NCBI GenBank assembly: GCA_965240325.2
Contig: OZ251232.1
Coordinates: 1 to 64,000 of the forward strand
Direction: 5' to 3'
DNA length: 64,000 nt
Origin: Rebecca billardiae RCC1528
Taxonomy: Eukaryota; Protista; Haptophyta
The position numbers were made by a program, and so were the translations under genes. Positions within the stretch are counted from its first letter, which is position 1, and each line of letters begins with the position of its first letter. The notes under the pieces are model-generated. The model made no database searches and was not told the DNA's origin. It saw nothing but the letters and a program-made list of their open reading frames with translations. Shown here piece by piece: positions 44,841 to 58,545 of the stretch.

Positions 44841-47800
44841 ATGGCGCCACCGGCGTGGCTGCACGCGGGCGCCCACGAGCCGCCGCCGCTGCCCGACGCG
44901 CCGGACGCGCGGCGCGAGGTGCTCGCGGAGCTGCGCCGGCGGCGGCGCGTCGCGCGCTTCGCGCTCGCGCGCCTCGGCGCGCGCGCCGACGCTGCGCACG
45001 GCGGCGCGCGCCGCGCGGTGCTGTGCGCGCTGCGCCGCGTGGCGCTCGACGCGGAGGCGCGGCTCGCGCGGCTGCTGGCGGGGGGCGGCGGCGTGGAGGT
45101 GGACGACGTGCTCATCGCGACGGCCGACGCCTCCGTCGCGCGCGCCTCGCGCCACCGCGCGCACGCCCTCCGCCGCGTCGCCGCGTCGCTGTGCGCCGAG
45201 CGCAGCCTGCCGCTGCTGGTGGACGCGGCCGCGCGCGACGCCGCCGCGGCCGCGCTGCTGCGCGCGGCGGACGAGCCGCGCGCGGCGGTGCGCGACGCGG
45301 CGGCCGCGGCCACCGCCATCGGCCGCGCCGTCGACGGCGGCGCGCCCTTCGCCGCCGCGCTCGGCGCGGAGCGCGCGGCGTGGGTGCGCGCGTGCGCGTG
45401 CGCGCTCGACTCACGCCCGTGGCTGCGCGCCGTGCGCGGCCGCGACCTGCCGCGGCCCGCCGAGTGGGGCGCGGACGACGCGGCGTGGGGCGCGGGCGCG
45501 GAGGCGGACGACGCGGGCCCTCCCCCCGCGTGGGCCTCCGCCGCGTACGCCGCGTGCTGCGCGGAGGTGCGCGCGCTGCGTGAGGCCGAGCCCTCCGCCG
45601 TCGAGGCGAGGCTGCGCGCCAACCTGCACGCTGAGCCGGGGGCAGCGGCGGAGGCGGCGGAGGCGGGGGAGGCGGAGCGGCTGCGCGCCGCGCGCGGCTG
45701 CGCGCTGCGCGCGCGCCGTGCCGTGCTGCGCCTCGTCCGCGCCGCCTCGGTGCTGCGCCACGCGCAGCGCGCGCTCGCGCTCGAGCGCTCCAGCGATGGC
45801 GGCGGCGGCGGTGGCAGCGAGGACGAGGCGGAGGGCGAGGCGGAGGCGGAGGCGGAGCTCGAGCGCGAGGGCGAGGCGGGCTGGGCCGCGTACGCCGCGC
45901 GCTGCCTCGGCACGTGCGCGCTGCTGCGCACGCCGCCCGCCCTCGCGTCCGCGCGCGCGGGCTCGGCCGCGCGCGCCGACGGCGGCTGGCTGGTGCAGCT
46001 GCCGCGCGCGCCGCGCGCGGCGGGCGCAGAGGCGGCGCTCGCGGCGCGCGCGGCGCACGCGCTCGCGCGCGCCGAGGACGAGGACGAGGCGGAGGGCGAG
46101 GCGGCGGGCGCGGCCCCGTGGCTGCACGGCCTGGCGCGCGCGCCGCCGTGCGTGCTCGACGGCTGCGGCCGGCGCGCGCTGCACGAGGCCGCCTGGGCGG
46201 ACGCGGCCGCGGCGTGCGCGCGCGCGTGCGCGGTCGGCGCGCGCGCGTGCTGCCGCGCGGCCGGCGAGGGCGCGGCCGACGGCGCGTCGGCGGCGCCGGC
46301 CGCGCTCGGCCTGTGCCCGCTGGTGCACACGTGCGCCGCCCTGTGCGCCGAGGCCGAGCTGGCCGAGGCCAAGGCGGCGCTGTGCGTGCCTCTGCTCGGG
46401 CTGAGCCGCGCGGCCGCGCACCCGCGCGGAGCGGCGGGCGCGCGCGCCGCGCTGCTGTGCGCGATGGGCGAGGGCGCGCGGGGCGGGGGCGCGGGGGCGG
46501 GGGCGGAGGCGGAGGCGCTCGGGCCGCGCGCGCTCGCGTCGCACGCGCTCGGCTGCGCGCGCGCCGCCGCCTCCTGCCGCGCGCGCGCCGCGCTGCTCGG
46601 GCGCGTGGCCGCCGCCGCTCTCTCAGACGAGGCGGCGGTGGCGCGCGCGCTGCTCGCACGCGCGGAGGCGGAGGGCGGCGCGGAGGCGGAGGGCGGCGGG
46701 CGCGCGTGCGCGGAGCTCGCGCCGCTGGCGTGCGTGCTGTGCGCCGCGCCGCCCGCGCTGCGGCTGAGCGCGGCCGTGCACGCCGCCCTCGACGTGCTGG
46801 GCGCTGCGCACGCCTCGGCGCAAGCACTGCGCGCGCCGCGCGCGCACGGCGGCGGCGGCGGCGGCGGCGGAGACGGCGGCGTGGGTGCGCCGCCGAGTGC
46901 GCTCAGCGTGGCCGAGGCCGCTCTCGCCGCGCTGAGTGCGGCGTGGGCGAGCGGCGAGCACGCGGCCGCGCCGGGCGTGCGCGTGCCTCCGCGCCCGCCC
47001 TCGCCGCTGCCGCGCCCCGCGCCAGCCGCCGCCGCCGCCGCCGCCGCCGCCGCCTCCGCCGCCTCGGCCGCCCCCTTCTGGGCCGAGGGGTGCTGGGCGT
47101 GGCCCCCCGCGCTGGACGCGGCCGTGCGCGCGGCGGCGGGCGCGGCGGGCGGCGGCGCGGCCGCCGACGGCGCGGCGGCGGCGGTGCGCGCGCTGGCCGT
47201 GCGCGCGGCGCGCGTGCTCGGCGCGGACGCGGCGGCGGACACGCGCAGCCTGCTAACTGCCGCGGCCACGCAGCGCGCGCTGCTCGCGCCCAGCGGGCCG
47301 CACGGCGGCGTGTCCGCGGCCGATGGCGGTGACGACGAGGAGGACGACGCGGTGGCGCTGCGCCCGCTCTCGCCGCCCAGCGCGCGGGGCGGCGCCGAGG
47401 GCCGCGCCGCCGCCGCCGAGAGCGCGGCGCCGCCCCGCCCGGGCCGCGCCTCGCTGCGCGCGCCCGCCACGCACGCCGCCGCCGCGCACGCCGCCGCGCA
47501 CGCCGCCGCCGCCGGCGCTACGACCGCCGGCGGCAGCGGGTGCGGGTGCGTGTGCGCCGCCCTGTCCGAGTACGCGGCTGCGCCGCGCGGGCTGCCCACG
47601 CTCGAGGAGGCGGGGCTGCGCGCGCCGCGCGCGCTGGCGGCGCTGCTGCTGCCGACGAGCGGCGCGGGCGGCGGCGGCGCGGCGGGCGAGTCTCGCGCGC
47701 GGCACGGCGCGCACGCCGAGTGCGCCCACGCGGCCGCGCTGCGCGCCGCGGTCGCGCACAACGCTCACGCGGCCGCGGCGGCGGGCGCGCGCGTGGCCGC

Positions 47801-48096
47801 GGCGGCGGGCGCGGCGCTGGTGGCGGTGGCGGAGGCGGAGGCGGAGGCGGAGGCGGAGGCGGAGGCGGAGGCGGAGGCGGGCGCGGCGGCGCGCGGCGCG
47901 GCGGCGTGGGCGCCCGGCGTGCTGCTCGGCGCGCGGCCCGCCGCGGCCGCGGCCGCGGCCGCCGCCGCCGCCGCGCGCCAGCCGGCCGGCTACGACGCGA
48001 GCGCCGCGCCGCACCGCGCGGCGCGCTGGCGCGCGCTGCGCGCCGCCGCGCGCGCCGACGGCCTCGCCGAGGCGGCGGCGGCGGCGGGCGCGGCGC

Positions 48097-48166
<70 letters not shown>

Positions 48167-50969
48167 GGCGGCCGCCGCGCCGCCGCCCGCCGGCCCGCCG
48201 CGCCCGCTCTCCGCCGAGGCCGCGCTGCTGCGCTCCGCCGAGCAGCTCGCGCTCGCGCGGCGCGCGCTGCACAGCCTGCGCTGCCGCGGCGCCGCGCTGC
48301 GCGCGCGCGCGGACACGTGCGCAGCGCTCGGCAGGCTGGGCGCAGCGCTGCCGCCCGGACTGGCGGAGGCGCTCGAGGCGCAGGACGCGCGCGAGGCGGC
48401 GGCGCAGGCTGCCCCGGCCGAGGCCGGCGCCGCGCCCTCCGAGCAGCAGCCGCCGCCCACGCCCACGCCGCTGCAGCGCGCGAGCGCGGCGCGCGCGCGC
48501 GCGTTTGCGCGCAGCCTCGTGCGGCGCGCGGACGCGCGCACGCACGCGCGCGCGCCGCTCGCGTGCCCGGGGTGGGCGGAGGTGCTGCCGGCGGACGGCG
48601 GCGCGGGCGCGCGGGAGGACGGCGCGCGCGCCGCGCTCGCGCGCGACCTCGCGCGCGCGTGCGCCGAGCTCGGCGGCTGGGCGGCCGCGGGCGGCGCGCT
48701 CGGCGGCGGCGGCGGCGGCGCGGCCGCGCCGCCCGCCGTCCGCGCGGCCGAGGGCACGCGCGCCGCGGCCGGCCGCGCGCTGCGCGCGCTCAGCGCGGAG
48801 CTCGAGACGCTGGCGGCGGCGGAGCCCGCGCCGGCGCGGCGCGCGGGCGGCGTGCCCGCCGCCGCCGCCGTCCGCCTCGCGCGCACCACCGCCGACGCGT
48901 CCGCGAGCGCGCTGCGCGCCGCGCTGCGCGGCGCGGCCGCGGACGCGCCGCCGCGCTCGGCCGCGCGCGCCGCGCTCGCGCGCGCCGCGCGCGCGCTCGA
49001 GCGCGGCGCGGCGGCGGCGGCGCAGGAGGCGCCGGAGCAGCCCGCCGAGGCGGAGGCGGACGAGGAGCGCCAGTGGCCCGCGCGCGCCGCCGCCGCCGCC
49101 GCCGCCGACGGCGGGCTCGCCGCCGCGGCCGAGGCGTGCGCGGCGCTGCGCGCGCTGCCGCCGTCCGCGCGCGCCGCGTGCGCCGCGCGGCTGCTGGCGG
49201 CGCAGCTGCGCGGCGCCGCGGCGGGCGCGGGGCTCGCGCCCGTGGCGCGCGCGGAGGCGGCGCTCGCGAGCGCGCGCGCGGACGACGACGCCGCCGTCGC
49301 CGCGCTGCGCGGCCCGCGCGCCGCATCCGCCGCCGCCGCGCGCGCCGCGCTCGGCGCCGCGCTCGGCGCCGGCCGCGCGCGCGGCGTGGGCGGCGCGCTC
49401 GCCGACGCGCGCGCGGCCGCGGCCGGCGTCGCGGCCGCGCTCGACGACGGCAGCGACGAGGCGCGCGCGGCGGCGGAGGGCGCGGGCGCGGCCGCGGCCG
49501 ACGCGGCGGACGCCGAGGCCGAGGCGGACGCCGACGCGGCGCGCGCCGCGCGCGCCGCCGCCGCGCTCGCGCTCGCGCGCGCGCGCGCCGCCGCCGCGCG
49601 CGCCGCGCACGCCGCGAGCGCGGCCGCGCCGCGGCCGCCCGGCGGCGGCGGCGCCGCCGCCGGCGGCGCGGACGCGGACGCGGACGCGGACGCGGAGGAG
49701 GGAGGCGGCGGCGGCGGGCGCGGCGCGCTGGGCGAGAGCGCGGCGGCCGCGCGGCTCGCCGAGGCCGACCTCGCGCGCCGCGCGCGCGCGCTCGCCGCCA
49801 CCGCCGCCGCGGCGCACACCGCGCACCGCGCGCGCGCCGCCGCCGCGCACGGCGGCGCGGCGTGCGCGCTCGGCGCCTCCACCGCCGCGGCCGCCGCGGC
49901 GCGCGCGGGCTATGCGGCGGCGGCGCGCGCGTCGAGCGCGAGCGCGCTGGGCGCGGTGCGCGCGGACGTGATCGAGGGGATGGCCGCCGCCGCCGCCGCG
50001 GGGGCCGAGGCTAGCGTGGGCGGCCTCAGCGCGCTGCTCGGCGGCACCGCCGCCGCCACCGCCGCCGCCGCCGCCGCCGCCTCGCTGCCGCATGCGCCGG
50101 GCGACAACGCACTCTCGCGCGCGGCGGCCGCCGAGGCGGCGGCGAGCGCGGCGCGGCGCGCGCAGCTGCGCGCGCGGCTGGCGTGGCGCGCGCTCGTGCG
50201 CGCGCGGCTGCGCGGCCTGCGCGCGCGCGCGCGCGAGCAGGCCGCCGCGCGCCGCGCGCGCGCCGCGGCCGCGCGCGACGACGCCGCGGCCGCGCGCGCG
50301 CGCGCCGCCGCGGACGCGGCCGCCGCGCGCGCGGCCGCGCGCGAGCTGCGCGAGCTGCGCGCGCGCGAGGCGGCGGCGCGCGCGGCGCTGGCCGGGCTCG
50401 CGGCGGCGAAGGCGGAGCAGCTGCGCGGCCTCGTGCACGCGCGCTCGCACGGCCGCGTGCTCGGCGCCGACGCCGAGCCGCCCGCGCCCTCGGCCGGAGC
50501 CGCGGCCGCGCCGCGCCGCGCCGCCGCGGCCGCGCCGCGCCGCCCGCCGTCGCGCGCCGCGGCCGCGGCCGCGGAGGAGGCGGGCGCGGGCGCGGGCGGC
50601 GCGCGCGGCGCGGAGGTGGAATGGGCCGCCAGCGCCGAGCACGCGCCCGACTCGCCGCCCGACGCCGACGCCGCCGACGCCGCCGGCTCGCCCGCGCCGC
50701 CCTCGGCCGCGTCCGCGCGCGCGCAGCTCGCCGAGGCGCGCGCCGCGCTGCGCTCGGTGCGCGCGCGCAAGGAGGCGCTGCTGCTCGCGGAGGGGAGCGC
50801 GAGCGAGGGGCTCGGCGGCGGGTGGAGTGGCTCGGCGCGCCCGTCCTCCGCCTCCGCCACCTTCGGCCCCGCCTCGCCGCCCTCGCCCTTCTTCTCGGCG
50901 TCGCTCTCGGCGGGCGGCGGCAGCAGCAGCGTCGGCACGCGCCGCGCGCCCGAGCGCGCGCGCGGCTGA
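44841..50969 (+). CDS. Very large, apparently intronless Ala-rich hypothetical protein (~2040 aa) with a C-terminal coiled coil
   Basis: 6.1-kb frame with GCN/GAG/CTG codon bias; ATG at 44841; no domain recognised. Confidence 0.7.
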
Positions 50970-51347
50970 GCCGGCGGCCGAGGGGCTAGGCGCGCGCGCG
51001 GGGGGGGGGCGGGCGGGCGCGCCATGCGCGCGGGCGGCGCGGCGCGCCCGTGCCACCTCGGCATGCCGACGCCCACATGTGTCGTGTGCCTGACCGGCGT
51101 CGTGCACGGCGCCGCCATCGTGCGGCCATGTTACCGCTCGCTCGCCTGTACAGTTTACTAAGGAATATGAGACGCACACAGCTCAAGGCAGGCGATCGAG
51201 ATCAACTGCATGTGTGAGTCAATACACATACAAAGATTGGACGCTTTAATAAGAGGTGTTTTGCGTAAAGGATCGTAGTCCGCGGACGGATCCGCCCAGT
51301 TCAAAAGTTGAGCGCAAATCCCGCGCGATGATCTGCGCCCTCGCACG

Positions 51348-53053
51348 ATGGTGACGGGCACGCCAGCTGCGGGCGGCCGCCCGAGGCGGCGCAGACGCGC
51401 GCGCGCCACGTCGGGCGCGCTGTGCTGCGCGAGCGTGGTGCTGCTCTCCGCCGCCATCGTCCTCGGCTCGACGCTCCTCCTCCTCGCCGCGCACGCACCG
51501 CCGCCCACGCCGCAGCGCCAGGCGGCGGCCGAGCCGTCGGAGCAGCTGGCGGCCGACCTGGGGAGCATCGACGTGAACGCGACGGTGGACGGGCTCTTCC
51601 GCACGCTCGACAGGGTGGTGAATGTGCGCGGCTGCGTCCAGCGCGCCGCACCGCAGCCCGCGCGCCCCGCGCTCGCGCGCGCGCCCTGCAGCGGCGCCGA
51701 CGCGTTCCGTCCGGCGCGTGCTGCGCACTGCCGTGCTGCGCACTGCCGCGGCGCGTGCTGCGCACTGCCGTGCTGCGCACTGCCGCGGCGCGCAGGGCAC
51801 CAAGCTCCTGGCGGGTGGCGTGCTCGGGCCCGATGGCAGGCTGGCCACGGTCGACCCGAGCGAGATGCAGGCGGCACTCGTCGGGATGCGCCAGGTGCGC
51901 GGCGGCGCGCGCGCGCGCGCGCCGCCGCGCGCAGCGCTGCTGACCGGCGGCGGCGACGCGGCTGCGCGGCGGCGGCCGCGCGCGCTTGCTGCACGCCGCG
52001 GCCGCAGGCGTCCACCGAGCTGAGCCAAGGCCTCGAGCTGCTCAGCGCGCTGCAGCACAACGAGACCACGGCGGAGGGGATGCGCGGCACGGTCACCACC
52101 CTCATGCACGTGCGCGCCACGCGCGCGCGCCGCAGCAGCAGGCCGCGCGCGGCCGGCGCGCCGGCCGCCCGCCCGCGCCGCCCACCCCCGCGCCGTCGGC
52201 GCTCGCCCCTCGCGCGCGGCGCGGCAGGACGAGGTGACCTCGGCGCTGATCCAGGAGAAGCTGATCGACCTGCGCGCCGCGCGGCAGCAGCAGGCCCAGT
52301 ACATCGGTGCGCGCACGCATCGCCCGGCCCCGGGCGGCGCGCTCCCCGGGCGGCGCGCGCCGTCGCCGAGCGCGGCCGCCGCGCGCTGGCGCGCGCCGCG
52401 GCGAGCGGCCCGCAGCGAGCCAGATCGCGCTGAGCCGCGACCGGCTGCACTTCTCGCTCGCGTTCTACATCTGCGCCGTGCTCGCCAACGGCCTGTGGGT
52501 GTGCTACGCGTGCCGGCTGGGCGCGCTGCCGCTCTCGCTGCTCGGGCTGGTGGGCGGCGCCGTGCTGCTGGCGTACAACGTGGACGCTGCGTACGGCACC
52601 AAGGCGGAGCGGCTCAACGTGGAGACGCAGACCATCCTGCGCACGGAGAGACGTGCGCGCGCGCGCGCCCAACCGCGCGCTGCCCGCGCCGCCCGCGCCC
52701 ACCCCGCCGCGGTGCGCGCCCGTCCGCGTCATGCGTGCGCGCTGTGCTGCGCTCCGCTGTGCGGTGTGCGCGGTGTGCGCGTGGGCGGGTCCTCAGACTG
52801 GTTCAACGAGCCGATGACGCTGCCGCCCAGCGTCGAGCCCGACTACCGCCACCTGATGGCCGAGGTGAACAAGCGGCGGGGCGCGCTCGGCTTCGGCCCC
52901 GAGGCGGACTGGGCGGTCTTCTCCGCGGCGCTGGGCGAGGAGGTGTGGCGCGACGCCAGCCCCCTCTCGCGCATCATGCACTCGAGGCTCAAGCAGCGAA
53001 GAGAGCCACAGCCGTACGCACACGCGGGCACCGCGCGGGAGCCGCCGCTCTGA
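51348..53053 (+). CDS. Six-exon hypothetical membrane protein; exons 51348-51623, 51796-51894, 52008-52109, 52228-52306, 52416-52652, 52797-53053
   Basis: Five GTGCGC..CAG introns with matching phases give one continuous frame with an N-terminal TM helix, a helical middle and two further TM helices. Confidence 0.75.
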
Positions 53054-53169
53054 CACCGGCCGTCTTACCTAGTCTGGCACGCGCGCACATGCATTGCAAG
53101 CGGGCCGCGGGGCTAATGACGCCCGCTACATCAAAGTGTAACTCTACTCGCCAATCGGTGCCCGGTCGG

Positions 53170-53295
<126 letters not shown>

Positions 53296-53764
53296 TCGCC
53301 CGCGCGCGCATGGCGCACGTGCGCCCGGGGGCACGCGCCCGCGGGGGCGCTGCATACGACGACTACTTCGAGACGACGGCTGACGACGCGTGGCACCGCG
53401 ACCACCGCGGTGGCGCGTGCGCGTCGACGCCAGACGGTGCGTCGAGCTTCCGCTCGGCGATGGAGTGATGGGCGACTATGAGGGGGGGGACGACGGCGAG
53501 GAGCGCTGATCCTGGTGTTTGTCTCTGCTGCTCGATCTGCTGCTACAGCTTGCTGACTCTGACGCCTGCCCGTTGCATACCACGTCGTTAATAATCACTC
53601 ACGCACCGCGTCTCGTCGACGGCGAGCGGCATGCCCACCGCATCTGCTGCCGCTCGCCAAGGCATGAGGACACGTAAATCCCACTGAGTAGGAACACACG
53701 CAGCCGCCTCGGCATCGACATGCCAGGCGGCGTGCCCACCTTCGGCCAGCAGTTGGCGTCGGCG

Positions 53765-54000
<236 letters not shown>

Positions 54001-54780
54001 GCGCCTGCGCCATCCAGATGCAGCGAGGAGGCGAGGCACACGCCGGGCAGGGCGGAGCCACGCTGCGAGATACCAGACTCTATACATTGAATATAATATT
54101 AATAAGGGATTTTTGTTCCTCGGAAACAAAGTGCGAGCGGCAGCCGCGCGGGCCGAGCGCGCGGCAGGACTGGCCGCTCGACGCCGACAGACGCGCGGTG
54201 TGAGATGGATCCCGAAAGCTCAGCTCGAGAGCCGCCATAAGCCGCACGAGAGCGAGGCACGAGGCACCATCGTGCAGAGGCGGGCGCCCTGAAAGATGCG
54301 GGCCCAGAACAGCTGCTGCAGCCATCAGGACAGTGGGCGCTTCCGAAACGAAGGGCGTCGTCCGCTGCGTGAGCGAGAGAGACCCAGGGCCGCGTCGGTC
54401 GGCTCGGCGCCAGATGAAAGAATCCAGGCCACCAATTGGCTGTCCAGAGCCACCATCACCATGCCAACCCGCTCAAAGGCTCAGGAGCAGCACAACGAGT
54501 TAGTTAGTTCTGGGCCGTTGTGCGCGCGCACAGAGCAGGCTCGAAAGACCCTCGTCGTGGCACGAGAAGAGGGTGGCCAAGATAGCAGCCGGACTTGCGC
54601 TCGGCCGCCTGCCTCGGGCCGATTGGCAGCGGCAGGTGTTGATACCATACACCTAGGCGCATTGCGCTCCCACCGTCCTCTTAGACAATCAGTTATTGTG
54701 CCAATAACCCCACATACATATATATATATATGTATATATATTATATATATATTATATATATATTATATATATATATATAC

Positions 54781-56221
<1,441 letters not shown>

Positions 56222-56380
56222 CACTACGTACTACGTAGCAGTCGTGCCGGAGTGACCGGACCGTACGCGATGAGTACGCCGTACCGCCGGCCGATAGTAG
56301 CAGCAGTCGGCGCGGGCCAGTCACTCTGTCGTCACGGACCGAGCGGTATGTACGACTGCTAGTCTGTATATATATATATA

Positions 56381-58091
56381 GAGCCGACGTCAGTTGTATT
56401 GCCGCTTTGGATAGTGTGGTCAGTTGTATTGCCAAAAGCACTTTATGACTACCGTGGTCAGTTTTATTGCCGTTTTCAGTAGTATGGGTCAAGAATATTG
56501 CCGCTTTTGGATAGTGTGTCAACAATATTGCCCCTCAAATACGGGTTTCAAACCAATGACCCTTTCACACTACTTGGTTCACGAATATTGCCGTTTTCGA
56601 GCTTGAACATAGTCTGCTCAGAAATATTGCCCTTTATTCCATAACTATGTGTCAGTTGTATTGCCGCCAGCAGCTGGTGGCTGGGGCACGACTCGCACTC
56701 AGACACTGAGAGACTCGCGCAGCCCGTGTGCGCGTGCGTGCAGAGCTGCGACTGCCTGCGCGCGGCATGCAGGATACGCGCCTGCAACCAACCGACATGC
56801 CATCATCATGCGGCCTGCGTAGCTCATCTTGACTTCCAGTAGCAGTCGGCGCTTCCCGTCGCCGTCGCGCTTGCCGCCCGCCGGCGGCCGGCCGCCAGCG
56901 CCATCGGGACTGCTGCTACTTCAGCGGCCACGTGAGCCGCATCGCGTCCCATGCCGCTGCACGCGCCGCCTCAAGCTGCGACCGCGCTCGCCAAGCCTGC
57001 CACTCGGGTTCCAGCAGCAGCAGGAAGCGTCGCCTGCCCCTCCTGCTTGCTGGCTCGTCGAGGCGCGCGCGGCGCACCGCCAGCCGGTCGGTGCGTTGTG
57101 TCCCAGCTGGCAGTACGCCTTGGACTTCCTCCTCCACGGGCCAATCAGCCTGCGTTGACGAGTGCGACTGGCGCACGGTCAGCCACCTGCACACGGTTGG
57201 CCACAGGGCAGTCTGCTGTTGGAGTGATGACAATCGCAAAAAGGCACGCGCCAGCAGTGTTCCACGAGCGAGAGCGACGCGCGTTGGTTGATCGCCACGG
57301 TGTGAATGACAGTCGATGGCAGGCAGTGAGGGGGACGCGCGTCGTGTTGGTCAAGCTCCTTGAGGCCGTTGAAGAGCACACGCCCGTCGTGCACGTTCGA
57401 CTCCCGCGAATCGGGGCGCAGCAACACACGCTCACCCTGCTTCACGCATGCACCTGCATGCGCTGCCGTCGCAATGTCATCGACTGCGCGCTTGACGGTC
57501 CCGGAGTCGACGTGAGCACGGAGCAACGCCGATTCGATAGAAGTCGCGACGGATTCTCGCCCGTCTCCGCGTAGACGGCGAGTAGCCCGAGGTGCACGCG
57601 CGTGTTGCACTGCGCGCGCATGCGGCAGCGTTTGTGCAGATTCCGGTCCACGGTTCAGCTCGTCGTTCGGCTTGATGATGTCGAGGAACACGGCGCTACC
57701 CCGGCAGAGATCGTCGTCGTTGAACGTCACTCTTCTGGCCTGGGATCAGCTAGGCCTGCTCAAGGGCACGCCGCGCGCGCCGGCGGCGCATGGGCGCCAG
57801 CGCCATCATCAGCGCGTGGGCGATCGCGGCAACAAACCTGAATTAAAGATGCGCAAACGGCAACACAACTGACCCACACTACGCGACGGCAATACAGCTG
57901 GACAATATAAAGTATTGGGCCATCATCCACGGCAATACACCTGACACAAGTATTCGACGTTGGCAACAAGATTGACACGTGATTCCCAAAGATGGAAAAC
58001 GGCAATACAACTGACCAAGGTAGTCAAAACGTGCGTTTGGCAATACACCTGACCACACTTTCCAAAACGGCAATACAGCTGACATTATCTC
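56381..58091. mobile_element. TIR DNA transposon derivative with arrays of subterminal repeats, inserted in (TA)n
   Basis: GAG..CTC termini flanked by TA runs; ~100-bp TIR similarity; ~8 GTCAGTTGTATTGCC-type motifs at 56389-56667 mirrored by inverted GGCAATACAACTGAC-type motifs at 57827-58083; decayed minus-strand ORF inside. Confidence 0.85.
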
Positions 58092-58545
58092 ATATATATA
58101 TATATATATGTAGTCAGCACGCCGGCAGATCAGTTAGAGGGGTCAGAGCCCCACTGCTGTGGGGTGTGTGGCCCAAAATCCAACTGCCGCTGTCTGTCGT
58201 CTTGAGATGACGAGGCTCTCATTTGACAATGTAGCTGAGCCGCTGCGTGCCGAGTGCCGCGCACGCGTGCCGCCCGGCGGGCCGCGTGGGCCCGGCTGCG
58301 CGCGGCAAGTCGGCGACTACGCCAGACGGCCGCTGCGGCCGCGGCTGCGGGGCGGAGGCTGGGCAGACGGAGCAGCAGGCGGTGCTGCGCGCGCGCCGCG
58401 CTGCGCCTTGCAAGCGTGCCGGAGGGCCGTCGTGGAGTAACTGGAGGCGTCGTGCCGCGCCCGCCTCCAGCCCCGGCGCCCTGTGCTGGCGGACGGGCGC
58501 GTGCCGTCCATCCGTCTGTCAGCGTCAGGGCGAGAGCCTGCTGGC

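Noticed and set aside
56389-58083. CRISPR-like repeat/spacer arrays
   Set aside because: Repeats are only ~15 bp, degenerate and irregularly spaced, mirrored at both ends with similar spacers, and there are no cas genes. They fit transposon subterminal repeats.
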